A stretch of DNA of 64,000 nt, taken from positions 20,150,001 to 20,214,000 of the forward strand of contig CM022679.1 of the NCBI GenBank assembly GCA_012295275.1. The letters are read 5' to 3'. Below the pieces are notes generated by a model that saw only the letters and a program-made list of their open reading frames with translations, did no database searches and was not told the origin of the DNA. The translations under genes and the position numbers were made by a program. Source of the stretch: Chrysomallon squamiferum (lineage: Eukaryota > Animalia > Mollusca). This document shows, piece after piece, positions 1-13,747 of the stretch (position 1 is the first letter of the stretch; each line of letters starts with the position of its first letter).

Positions 1-270
1 TATTTAATTTTTTATTTGTTTTTATCCAGACATATCTGATGTTTGCTATTCAGTAATAAAACAAATAAAAAAATAAAAAAATAAATAAATAATACTAATA
101 ATACTTACAATAAAATAAATAAATAATACTAATAATACTTACAATAAAATAAATAAATAATAAAACAATTCAAATAGATATTATTAATTTATTTTAAGGG
201 GTATTGTTGTTTTTTAAAATATATAGATAAAAGTTATTTTCTGATTTGGATTTTACTTTGATGTTTACTT

Positions 271-3132
271 TTAATGCTGTTGTTGAGTTGCTCTCAGGAG
301 AATGTCGTGTATCTGAAATTAGAAACATCAAAGATAAGTTTGGATGATGAATAATGATTTTTTTTATGGTTACCGTAACGAATTTAAAAAAATAAAATTT
401 GAAATTATTTAGTGAACTGTAACGTACCTCAACGTGTGAAGGGGCACTTAGAGCATATATCACAGCTTCTGTGACATTATCGGCCTGGATAAACTATAAA
501 TAAATAAACAAACAAATAAACCCTGATGCTACTCAGTATCTAGCAGAAAAACGAGTACTTGAATAAAATAAATAATGAAATTAAAAAATAATACTAAAGA
601 AAAAGACATTATTTTTTAAAAATATATATTTTTTTCTTTCTCTCACCCATCTTTCTGTTACATTAAAAGAAATAATTTTCTTACTGGTATTTGTCCAAAT
701 TTTTCCTTTGCCACTTTTTCACTGTTGTGCATTCTTGAAAGAAATTCAGTTTCTACAAAACCAGGACTAATGGCCTGTAAATAAAATATGAATAACAGAA
801 TAAAATCCTAATCGTTAGATACAGTGAATGTACTAATAGTTGAAATAGCAGCAACAACAGTAATTTTGAAGCTATGGTTGCAGTGTCAGTCAATGTTTTA
901 TTATTATTATCTGAGCGTGTGTCAACCGTAATAAATAAAAACAATGTTTATATAAGGTCTAATGCCAGCCTGAAATAACAACAACGATTAACAGATTTTG
1001 TTTACTGGTGTTTTTATATAACGTCCCAAATAATCAGCTGCCTTGCACCTTCTCTGTCCAAATAAATAATCGTCACGTCTGAATACAGTTCAATATTGGT
1101 AGCACCGGCTCGCCCTATTTGTTTTCTAGCCATATGCTGATGGCACTATATTAAATAAATAAATAATAAATAATAATTCTCCATTTTACCGTCACTCTAA
1201 CAGGACTCTTCAGATCTCTTAGCTCGAATCGAATCCCTTGTAAAATGGCAGTTACGGCATATTTTGTTGCCGCATAAAAATGAAAATCCATGTTAGGAGT
1301 TACTCTGTGTCCCGATAAACTGAAATATAATTAAGAATAACCGAATATGTATAGCCTATATCCAAAAATAATTCCATTAAAAATAATTCCATAACAAATG
1401 TTATTTCGACTTTCCGTCCAAATAAAATATAATTTGTCAAAATACATCTATTTAACTATTGTTTTTGGTATACGTATGTCACATTGTAAACGTAATTAGG
1501 AATCACTTATTGTTATATTTACACATTGTTATTAAGTCAAAAATATTCTTTTTTAAAGAAAGGTTCTTGATACTGTTAGAAAGGAGGAATCTGTTATTTA
1601 CAAATTTTCAAAGAAATAAACAAAAATTCGGTAAACATATATACTTCTTAAAAAACAACAAAATAAAATAATAATAACAACAACAACAACAACAACAATA
1701 ATAATAATTTGTTGAATGTTTCGAAAGATATGATATGAACAAAATTGTATTATTATTATGTCATTCCGTGTCAAATCACCCAATGGGTTAAACCCGACCG
1801 TCTCAGATGAAACTGTATACTTGTTGACTGAGATCCCACAACACGAATCCCAATTTTTTTGCCAACCGGACAAGCAGTGTGGGACATATGGCCCCCCGAA
1901 GTTTCAGATTTTTGGCCAAAATGGGTGTTATCTTTTGAACCCTCATATCTCGGGAACTACTGGGCCAATCTTCATAAAACCGGTATTGTTGTAAAGGCAA
2001 TATGACAAGGATTCCAAATCTGCCATTATTGTTCAGGTGGGGTACACAGACCTTTTGACCTTTGTTATAACCTTGAAATTGACCTCATGGATCACGTGAC
2101 ATTGAGATGACCTTTCTTAAAATTTAATCTCCCACATAATTCAGGGGGCCATATCTCCTACACCGCTGGTCCGATTGGCCTAATATTTTGGATTTGGTGC
2201 TGATGGATCTCAGTCAACAAATATCATCTCAGTCGGTCGGGTTTAAAACATTTATTTTTAGGGGGTGATTTGACACAGAATGACCCATTATTATTATTTT
2301 AATTTTTAACTAAGTTAATTATTAAGCAGGAAAGAATCTTGGTAATTTTAAGCATTTTCATGAATTATATGGACCTGTTTATTAGAATGATATGACCTTC
2401 CTTCACTCCTCTTTCTTGCATTGATTTGAATGCTTCTCTGGAACATATGGACAAGGCCATGACATTTACCTGTTCAAAAATATACCGTACTCAAAATAAC
2501 ACGGCACTTTATTACAGATCGTACGTCAAGAGAATTTATAGTACAGCAAAATGAAACACACACACTTACACACTAGCATACCAATCAGATATATAAATCA
2601 TCAGTATAATTTAAAATAATTCTAAAATTAAAATATGATATATATTAAGCATATACACATTCATAGGCACATAAATTAAGAAGAAGAAGAAGCTTACATC
2701 AAGCATTTCTTTCCAGTGCTTCGTTTCACCCGATAGTATCGGAGCTGTATGAGCCAAACCAGCATTGTTCACGCAGACGTCAATTCCTCCAAGATCAGGA
2801 TCACTTCTGATCCTTTGAAACATCTTTAGGATCTCTTCCTCTTTTGTTAAGTCGCATTTTATTGCTTTCAGAATTCCTGGCTGACCCTTTAACTCTTTAG
2901 ATATTTTCTGTAGCGAGCGTATAAAAAAAATAAAAAATTATAAAAAAAATAAAAATAAAAAAATTCTGTATTCCAGACAAATTAATTAACCCAAAAATAG
3001 AATTAAACAACAAATATAAAATACTGAAATTACATAATGAAAAGAGTAAATAGCTGAATATACAGACATCATTCGTTGGCCGCCAGAGGATTTTATATGG
3101 AGAAAAAAAAAAAAAAAAAATCAGAAAGCTAA

Positions 3133-3195
<63 letters not shown>

Positions 3196-3518
3196 TATAA
3201 ATAAATAAAAATATGAAATAATTAAATAAAATGGGATGTCTTCACAAACTAAAACTGTAGATATCGTAAATAACTTGATTTACTGGCGGCCATTTTGAAA
3301 CATCGATGTCTTTAGAAAAAAGATTGTCTTTTTGCTGCCAACATCGCCAACACAGTTCCTGAACAAACAAACAAACAAACCAAAAAGTTTTATCAAGTAG
3401 TTTTACAGTTTATTTTATATACTTTTCCATTCATTAAAAAAAGTTAAATATACAACATTAATTCTATTTATTTGAAATATCATTGCTGTATAAATGTTTT
3501 CGTGATTAAAACATTCTA

Positions 3519-3564
<46 letters not shown>

Positions 3565-3947
3565 GAATCAAAAAAGAAAAAAAAAAAAAAAAAAAATCCT
3601 CATCTGAAACCGCTCAGCCTCTGCTCCTTTTCGGAATAGATTTTACATCTATTTATTCTAAATCCATAAAAATAGAAAATCATTTATATATCTACTTATT
3701 TATTCATTCAAACAAACTCATGAGACAAATAATTTTTAAAGGCTAAGTATCATAAATAAATAGACACTGATTGACATAGCAACATGGTTACATGGTATAT
3801 AAATAGAAAACCTACTTGAATTGCATCCTCATTTCTGGCACATCCGACAACCTTCATTCCATTTTTTACCAGTGTTTTCGCTATATCAGCTCCAATTCCA
3901 CACGAAGCACCTGTGACTAAAGCAACTTTTCCCGACCAACGTTCCAT
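271..3947 (-). CDS. DHRS11: Dehydrogenase/reductase SDR family member 11-like (classical SDR), 7 exons, 254 aa
   Basis: Exons 3816-3947, 2698-2907, 2375-2469, 1190-1319, 685-774, 428-493 and 271-312 have GT-AG introns and join in frame (765 nt). Motifs: [19 protein letters not shown] (TGxxxGIG), VCVNNAG, GHIILINS, catalytic YAATK (YxxxK), [12 protein letters not shown]-terminal [19 protein letters not shown]. The MERW start and [16 protein letters not shown] are typical of DHRS11. Confidence 0.9.
1760..2286. mobile_element. MITE / non-autonomous DNA transposon in DHRS11 intron 3
   Basis: Imperfect terminal inverted repeats: GTCATTCCGTGTCAAATCACCC at the left end (1760) versus GGGTGATTTGACACAGAATGAC at the right end. 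Further nested inverted blocks: TTAAACCCGACCGTCTCAGATGA / TCATCTCAGTCGGTCGGGTTTAA and TTGTTGACTGAGATCC / GGATCTCAGTCAACAA. GC-richer than the flanks, no transposase ORF, inserted into a (TAT)n tract. Confidence 0.8.
3133..3190. repeat. (TAA)n microsatellite
   Basis: Directly visible trinucleotide run; a second (TAA)n run lies at about 3520-3563. Confidence 0.9.
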
Positions 3948-4835
3948 TGCGAGTGAAAATAAGACAGAATGCCAGCTGAAAATCGTCGAAATTACGAATG
4001 AACGTATTGCCTATTGGTGTCGTACGATAATTAATTAAGTCAATAGATGATACAAATTCTCTACATAATTAACCTAAATGAAACCAATAATAAAATAAAT
4101 ACTACGGTTATATATTTAAATGTAGCTTTCGTTTCATTTTATACATAAATTTCATTGTTGAAATGACTTTGATCTATAAATAGAATAGGCGCCGATGTTG
4201 TTTTATTTCCCTCATCGAAAATACTAGTTCATAAAAAAATTTTCACGAGGTTATTCCCAAAAAGGCGTGTACTATCTTGGAAAAACAACCATCAAATCCT
4301 GAATTTAAAGCTAACATTTTTTACTGTCAGCTTTGGGTAGACGCTGTTGTTCTTATTCTATACTTGTAAAATAATTATTAAAAATCTGTAGTTTAACGAG
4401 AAAGATATAGACTGGTAGCATAAAAATAAATAAATAAATAAATTAAAAAAAGAAAAAGAAAAAAATGATATAAATGAATAGGCCTATGTATTGCTTGTAA
4501 CATTATTTATTTATTTATTTATTTTTGACAAATATTAATAATTTGAATATATTTATTCAGTTAAAAAACAATTATTGTTAATTTCATTTTGTCCATAATA
4601 CAAATCATAAATTGTTTAGTTCAGAATATTTATAGGCAGGCAAATGAAAGATTCCTAAACATTTATTTCATAATATCGTCTACAAGAATCCATGCATTTC
4701 AGAAAAGTTTATTTCTTATTGTTTTATGTTTTCCACCATTACTATTATTGACATACTGTTATCAACTATTTATACAAAATTTCTTAACATCAGTCAATTA
4801 CTTGAACAGTATTGAAGATTGCAACTGATAAGCAT

Positions 4836-5120
4836 AAGGTGTTTGATCAGAATGCTAATGAAGATAAATATCTGTTTATTTTATAACATCCATTGTAAAT
4901 ATTCTAAATAGAACAGAAGATAAAAAGTGACATGTAAGATGTGTTATCAAAATATTACAGAAGATAAATATATATTTATTTTACAACATCCATTGGAAAT
5001 GTACATGTCAGTGTGTGTGTGTGTGTTGAACAGTGTGGAAGATAGTAATGGACACATGAAAGATATGTAATCACAATACTAAAGAAGATACATGCATCTT
5101 TATTTGACATCAATTGTAAT
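4836..5120. repeat. Degenerate tandem repeat, about 100-125 bp unit, roughly 3 copies
   Basis: The core AAGATAAATA..TTTATTTTA.AACATCCATTG.AAAT recurs at about 4861 and 4961, with a more diverged copy at about 5085. Confidence 0.6.
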
Positions 5121-6679
5121 GGCATTTACATATTGTCTTTCATTACATAGTCAATTGTGAAATGTGTTGAATTTAACAAAGTGTATGCTTGCATGGCAAA
5201 AGATCAAAACTAACAAATTATTCCACAGTGTTCTCTCTGTGAGTATTGCAGCAGGTTAGGCTGATTGTAAATTCCTTGTTTTTTAAGAAAAAAATATATA
5301 GGTAGTGAAATTATTAACATCTGGCAAATGTTTCTTTTATGGCTGATGGCTATTTGCTGCAAGATGTTTGTATGGACAGGAATGTGTTTACTGGTCCAGT
5401 AATTAATGTCTGCATGTATATATCAGCATCTGTTAATAAAAATTCACATGTATTTGCTCTCTACAATATGGTATCAATTAATTTTAGTAACAACTAGACC
5501 TATTTCCATTTACTATACCTGAAAACAGGACTCCATATTTTTGGGATAAGTATGTACTCACATAATAATTATTTTTTAAGGTTATTTATTGTCACTTTAC
5601 TTATAATGTCTGACTGATCAATAAAAAACAAAACAAAAAAACATAATCAATAATTGTAACACTTTGTAACAGATAAAAATGTTCAAAGAATGTCATCTTA
5701 AACGTCATCCAGCATTAGTAATTATAATCAACCCAAATTTGTTTTGCTTCGTTATTATATTTATTAAATCTATTTTGTTTTTGTGAAAATAAAATTATTA
5801 TTTAAAAAGATCATAATAAAACAAAAGAAATAAAACAACACTGCTATGCATTATAAGAATGGTTTAATTTTATCTTGAAGTTAGCACAAACCTGACAAAT
5901 ACATTATATACAATTCATTTATTTAGTGCGTCATGATCTTCAGATAGTTTTAAGATCAACCTAAAATATAATTAACACAGTAAGTTAGACAATAGTTAAA
6001 TACAAATGGCAAAAAAATATACTAAACAAACCTAACATTTTCATGATCAATAGCAATGCAATTCTCAAGTTTTCATCGATCAAAGATATAAAAGGAGGTT
6101 AAAAAAAAATAAAAAATAAAAAATAAAATTTTTTATGATTTCTATTAAATGTGTTTCACAAAACCTAGATAATTATAGTGTTAAGATTACAACTGTCCTG
6201 AATGTGAAATTGGTAAAATAGAATAACTTCAATTTACTATAATTGTTAAATATTGGCATCAGTTTCAAAAAGTATTTTGGAAGAATTAAAATGATTTGCA
6301 TCACATTATTTCTAGAAACCATTCACTAAAGCTACATTGTAAAACATTAATTTTTTCACTTCATTAAAAAAATTATTTTCAGATTAATAATTTTTTGATC
6401 AAATAGATGCTTCCAACACAAAATAAATCTTATTTATATATTGCATTTTTTTCTTTTCATAAACAAGAAGTAGAAGTAATTATGTGGAACAGTCTAATGT
6501 CATCTGTTGTTCAGATAAGCACTAAATATAAACTGTCAGTCAGTCTGAATCCAAAATGTTTTGTTTTTGTCTCTTTCTCTATTCTATGTAAACACGTTAT
6601 TCCTCAGATGCAGTCTGAATATATTCTTAAACAAAAAGTAAGTTAGACACAGCAACATTTCTTATACTCCTGCCCTAGT

Positions 6680-9600
6680 TCATCTGACTCCGTAATACGT
6701 CTGTAGGGCATCAAGTGAGGGGTCTCGGCCTCGGAATCGACGAAACACCTCACTAGCAGAAATACCTCCTCCCAGTGAAAGATAGGTATCACGGAATCTA
6801 AAACACAGAAGAACAACTTTTAAAACATTTAAAAAAGAAAACAATTTATGTTTTTCTCACATATCAATTATCTAAATGCAAAACCTCAGAAACTATACTG
6901 TGTACTTGGTTACAATACATTTTTATTTTAAGAATTTACTTTAGATATTAACTGTAGGTACCCTTCTAATTACTGAATATTCTAACAAGATGATTGGTTT
7001 TAAAATGTTATTTGATGTATGGTTGACTGTAATCAAAGATTACTAACCGTCTTCCCAAAGCAGTTATCTTTTCCTCATTATCCAACCCTACTTCTTCAAA
7101 TGTTGCAAACAAATCAGTAGCAATCATCTGAAAAATGTAACAAAATGTTTTACCATCCACAACAGTGGAAAAACATAAAAATATATAATAAAAAAAGATA
7201 ATAAAAACTGTAAACAAGTTATCTTGACAAAAACTGCTATCAAACTAATAAAAGGGAAAGACAATAATTGTCTTTCAGTTGATAGGAAATTACTCAAACT
7301 GTTGAGTACAGATGGACAACACTTTATCAGTGAAAGACCTATCCTTTTCACTAATCAGCAATATTATATTGTGTTATATTCAAAATGTTACACTCATAAA
7401 CATGCCACTTTTTCAGGTGTTGTGACTGGCTACATGCTTAGTGTTTCCAGGAACAGAGATTTAGATTCCAGAACCTAACCTGACGCATATTATTTCTGTG
7501 AACTTAAAGCATTCTAGTATTTTAACTTACATTAACATATTATAATAGATTTATCATTATCTGGCTTTTGTTTCAGTACAAATCAATCATTTATTATAGC
7601 TAATCTGAAAATGTTTTTAACTAGCAACACACTATCTGTTGACATTACCTCTGACCATTTGTGACCATAGATGGTTGCAGCCTGCAGTTCACTGAAAATC
7701 TCCATCAGTGCACATGGATGATTGTCATCCTGATGCAGTGGGATAGGCATGAACTCATTCCAAGTTTGCTTCATCAAGGGATTCCAGTGGTTTTTACTGT
7801 AATCAGTTAAAGTAAAAATTTAACATACAGCTAAGATACTAATTAACAATCATCTTAATGAGTCGGGCATCTTGTTTTCTTTAAAAGAAATGAAAAAAGA
7901 AAACTGAATAAGCATTTATTTTTAATCTATTTGTGATATATAATATATAATCAATATATGAATTTCTGTTTCAGCCTAACCTATGAAACCTAACACATAA
8001 TTTGTTATCTTGCTCAATGAAATTAATTTAATACAAAACAGACTGTGCCTTTATTTCTAGATAAATTGCTTACAGAATATAAGTTTTTATTTTCCTGACT
8101 GCTGTAATCTGAATAATAAAATTTCTTGTAGCTTTCCTCTTTCCATTACAAAAAACCCAACATATTTAATATCTGTTAATATTAAAAAAATATTAAATGC
8201 ATACTTCTTTTTCTGATTAACTGCAAAAGTTACCTGATATGCACTTCCATGTCATATGCACTGAAATACAGCATTCTCATCATGTCAAATCCAGCCATAT
8301 GTTTCCTTGCTGAAAATACACAGAAAATTTAAATTTAGGTTTAACTATTTAAATATCTAAATATTTAATTTTACACACTGACCCTTCTGAGGGACATAAT
8401 TTTGGCAACAGATTACAAATAGCCGTCTTAAAAACAATTTCAGTGTGGTCCACTTTAATGGATGAGTAAGAAATACTGATAAACCATATCAACAATAAAA
8501 ATCATCGTTATCCTAATTAAGTCTGACATATTTCTTCATCTGAAATGCTAAGGTGTCATTAAACAAACATAGCTGACAAGTTGTTAAAATAACATACCAC
8601 TTAGAATATTATTCATCATTTCGGCAGGCAAAGATTCCCCAGTCTCAAAGTGTTTGCTGATATTCTGAAGAACTTCGGGAACATACAACCACAACTGCAG
8701 AAACTTTGCACAGACGTGTATGGCATCCCATTCAATGTTGCGCTGTCCAGCAAGCTCACTGTACGGAACTTGTGTCAACATCTGCTGTAGTCCATGTCCA
8801 AACTTAAAAATAAAGAATGATGTTTTAAATATATTTCGTGGTTTATCTAATTATTGCACAAATATTTATCTTTCTCAGGAACGATTGTTTGTCTTTTAAC
8901 TAATAGCATTTATGAAAGAAATTTAAATTAAAATAAACTTAACGAAAGTACAAATTTTTCATAGTTTAGTATTAATATTTAGTTATTTATATAAAAATAA
9001 GAAGAAGAAAAATAAAATATATTATTAAATAGGACTTTTTCCTGAAAAAAAAATCTAGTAACAAATCGTTCTAATTAAAAGGACTTAAATTTAATAATTT
9101 AATATTAAATTTACAATTTTACTCAACACTGCAAAATACTATAATAATCTAACCTCCAGAAACAGTCTTTCAACATCTCTGAGTTCCATTAGGACAGGTC
9201 CATTCTTTAATCGAGGGGGCTGAAGGTTCATGATCAGACAAGAATATGGTGTCGTGCCAGTCAGATCACTCCTCTCTACAAATTACCATCATGATCATTA
9301 CGAGAAAGTGAATGTTTAATTAGTTAATAATTATAAATAAAAACATCACACTGTCTACGAAAACAACCCAAAGAAAGAAAAAAATAACATGATAAAAAAT
9401 AATAAAAACTGTCAGTGGAAAAAGAGAAACTAATAATTGTTTTGTGTAAAATGAAATAAACATAACACAAACCTCTTGCCATTTCCATCCATGATCCATT
9501 GAACTTTTCATTAGGTCTTGCAATAGGATCAAAGAAGAATGAGCTTATGTAATCACCTGAAAATAAAAACAAATACAAAATAATGAAAACGCAGTAAAAA

Positions 9601-12600
9601 TAATGATAAATAAATAACTTGCTAATCTCTCTAAATCAAAAAAACAAAAATATGTTCACATAATTTCAATATAATAAGGACATTCTAACAAGCTAGGTTT
9701 TAAATTTATATTATAGATTTACAAACTAATGTTTCACAATAATATTTTCAAACTCACCGTTCTCATCATAAACATTGTAGAATCTTACATCTTCATGCCA
9801 GACATCAACTTCTGAGGTACTTTCCTGAAATAAAAAAAAAAATACATATATATTAATTAACAAATTTAAGGCATAAACATTTTCAGATTTAATAAAAATA
9901 TTTAATCAGTTTTCATAAAATTTTAATATTTTTAATATTGTTCATACCTTGAAGGTGATACCAAAAAGCTTTGAGCAAAGTCCAAACAATCCAGAGAGAA
10001 CACTTTCCAATGTGAAGAATTCTGCTATTTCACTGTCCTTCAGTCTAAAATCAAGACAATATATGCAACTTAGTAAGGAAACAATTTTTGTTGGGTAATT
10101 ATAGAGTAAGTAGAAATGTGTAATAATGTAAAATAAAATTAATCTGAGATTTTCTCACAAGGATCCAAAGGGACAAACTGATGGACAAGATGTATATTTA
10201 TTTTTAACACAAGACTGAAATCTCAGTCCTAATTCGTCATCTTAACAAAAGATTATTTCATAAGAAAACAAAAACATATTTAACAATTCAAGAAAAAACA
10301 TTCTAAACAAAGATTTCAAGGAAATAGTTTTATTTGTTCTGGAGATAAAGGAACTTGACTGCATTATTAAGAATCTAATAAAAAAAATCTATAAAGTCTT
10401 ACTTCAACAAAAATAAATTATTAAATGTGCCAGTGTAATACTGCAGAAATTCATCATGAAATTATGCAACCAGAAAAATAAGAACATTCACTTTACAAGA
10501 TGTAAAAGTTATACTTGAACAGTTCTTCCTGTTGTCGTCTTCTCCAATAAGGAATATCCCACATCTGCATATCGGCATGGAAACCATTTGCAGCAGCAAA
10601 ATCTCTCAAAGATTCCATTTCTTCTTCAGCTAATGGTTTGAATTTGCCCTTGAAACTGATAACATGTATTTGCTTTCTTTTCAATTTTGTGCAGACAAAA
10701 AATATTCTTATCTCATATCTGTATGTTTATTTATTATTTATTTTTTATTGTAATATATTAAAGAAATGAGTAATACCGTATTAATGAATATTTAATGTAA
10801 TAAAATAAAGCATTAATTAATTTCATCCTTTCTAATAGTCATATTTAACTGCTGTCATGTTAGATGAGTTAACAGTGAAGGTGTAATTTTCAAAAAATAA
10901 AATAATATATAAATATATGTAATGAAAATGTCACTGCTGTTTTAAACTGAAGGATGGCCAATGAATGAAATATTAAAATCATTGTCTTCAGCATAATCTA
11001 CTCCAGTCATAAATCACTAATAAACTCTGAAAACCAATGACAAACATATAAAAAATATTACATTCAGTATTATTATTATTTTGTGATGATAAAAAAAAAA
11101 TATAGTTAAGAGAATATCATAATTTTGAAAAAATGTGTCAAAAGTAAAGAATCAAAAGAAATGTTACGTTTCTATCATATTTAAGACATTTTTCACTGTT
11201 CCAGCCATCTTGGTTTCCATTGACATTTCTGCAAAGTTTTCAAATCCAAGTAATCTTGCAAGATCTCTCCTAAAAATAATAATACAAAACAAATATGCTA
11301 ATTATAATAATAATAATTAAAAAACAACAACAAACAAACAAAAATTAAAAAACAGGGAAGAAAAGATCCTAAACAATTGATAACATTTTAACATGAACTG
11401 ATATAGCCGAACTTTTTAACACTATCTTCTAAATTACTGTTTAGAAAATAAATGATATTGGTATTAAAAATTGATTATCATTATAGTAAGTATATCATAT
11501 CTATTTTTGAAACATAATCACGATAATGAATAATATTGTACACAAAAATCTATTCCATTATTACAAAATACTGTTAACCTGCTAACCCCCCCCCAAAATA
11601 CCAACTCTCCAAACTATAAACAACATTCAAAAATTAAAAAGAATTCCTCAAATTAAAATAATACTGATTTCAAATTTGTAAGGAACAATATATATCCGTT
11701 GAAAAAGCTCTTAACATTCAGCAAACTGAAGATAGTTTGAACAGTGCATGAATGTATAAATATATATTTGATTACGAAAACCACAGATTTAAAATAAATT
11801 AATGTGTAACATTAGGCATATCCATGTAAAATGGATGTAATTTAAGCTTGAAAAAACTCCCCAATGAATCAGTTAATATTGTTAAACCTGTATGTTCTGA
11901 TTTCCTCTATGGTTTTGTGGTTTGTAAGATGGTTAGGAGCATGAATCACAGAGCCGCGGTTGTTGTAGGCATTCCATGCATTCCACCTCTCCAGTCGGTC
12001 AGCACAGTGTTCAAGGAAGGCATGATACACGGAGAACTGCAGGTTCACTACCCAAGGTCCACGAGTTGGATTGAGTCTAATAAAATATTCTAATTAATAT
12101 AAGCATTCAACACAAATATATTTATAAATCAATCTTAATTTTTAATTTCAAAGTAAGATAATTAACTTTATATTATCTTGTCGATGAACAGTTAAAATAG
12201 TTTTTACAAACACAACAATAGTTATACAAAGCTCTCATCCCCACAATATAATATATTTCAATTTTGTATCCATCTAGAAAATTATTTTACATTTGCATTT
12301 ACAAATAAAATAAAAATGTCCTGTGTTGCTTGTTTTAATTTACTACAACAAACTTTTATTGAAAAAAAAGAAAAAAAAGAACCTACTTATCTTGTGCCAT
12401 AGCAGCTAGTACTGGCTTGGGCATTGTTTTAATGACACTGAAGTCGTGGATGTAGTGAGAAAATTTGCTCTGTGACATGATCACTCGATTCCTGTGAGAA
12501 AAAATAGAAGATGCTATTTACAGACTGAATGAATATTTAACACCAACATCCAAAAGGACAGTTTTCTACTGGAAATGAAACAAAGGTAAAATATGTAAAT

Positions 12601-13685
12601 ATATTGATTTTCAAATTAAATTTAACATATAAAAGTAAAATTTTCTATAATAAGAGCTTCCATGCTTTATTCTTATAAGGTATGTGATATTTTATATTAT
12701 GGTTATCTTACAGAAGAAATACTTGTCATCTAAATTTACTCATTAGCCGTTGTTATAATGCATTTTTATAGGAAATAACTTGTATCACATTTGATAAACC
12801 TGAATAGAACACTGGCAGGAATGGGAAATATATTGAAATCAGTGCTACATATTGCTTTACCGTATTAATACAAATATCTGTAATGTCATATAGTAATAAA
12901 TACCTGAAGTTAAATTTCTCTGTTGTCATTACTTTCAGTGTCTGTATGAACCTCTTCTTGTCCGATCCCTTCAAATGGATACCGTTGAGTTTAGATTCTA
13001 ACAGATACATGTCAACCATTCGCTGCTGGAAGTCTGTCAAGTTGCTGGCATCAGCCTTAACCTCCTAAAAATAATTAATCTTGAATGAAATTATGAACAA
13101 TTAACTATCAAGTGAAATATAAAATTAAAAATACAACTGTTATGCTTTGTGATAATAAAATAAAGTCTGAATATAGTTTTCAAACTGAAAAGACATAAAT
13201 GCTGAGTTTTTACAGCTGCAGAATTCATAATCACTGTCGTTTTATTTATTAACATACTTTTATAGCATTGTAAAGATCCTTGCTAATCCATCGTTCATTT
13301 TTTGCTCTCAAGACTTGAGGATGTATCTGAAAGAGAAAAGAGAAAGTCATAAGATAAATTAAGTGTTGATATAAACATAATAGTCGAAACACATTCCCCC
13401 CCATCTTTTGGTTGTTACAACAAGCCAATCTGTACCAATAAAATTAAGTCTATGTTCAGTGGTCTCCCCAGCATTTGTAAAAGGGATAGCGGGAATCAAC
13501 ATAACTGGTACTTTGAACAATATTCAAATTACTTGTTTGTCAGAAATACTCCTATAAATAATTACATCAAATGCATTAACTGTTATTTTATTTGCAATAA
13601 AATAAAATCAAAGTGTCTGTTGCCAGTGAGTTTTGTTTGGTTGTTCAGTGAATTATATTCTTTACAAAATAATATATATGTACAT

Positions 13686-13747
<62 letters not shown>

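Noticed and set aside
88-155. Direct duplication of about 34 bp in the DHRS11 3' region
   Set aside because: Low-complexity A/T slippage, not a CRISPR-like or functional array.
1758-2000. Overlapping ORFs 1758-1994 (+) and 1803-2000 (-)
   Set aside because: Both lie within the MITE and show no recognisable protein motifs.
8803-8805. AAG acceptor at the zinc-motif junction as a sign of mis-modelled splicing
   Set aside because: AAG acceptors also occur in KAT2 (41540-41542) and CCDC137 (48930-48932). The junction gives the correct EFGH register, and I saw no alternative His-coding exon end in the intron.
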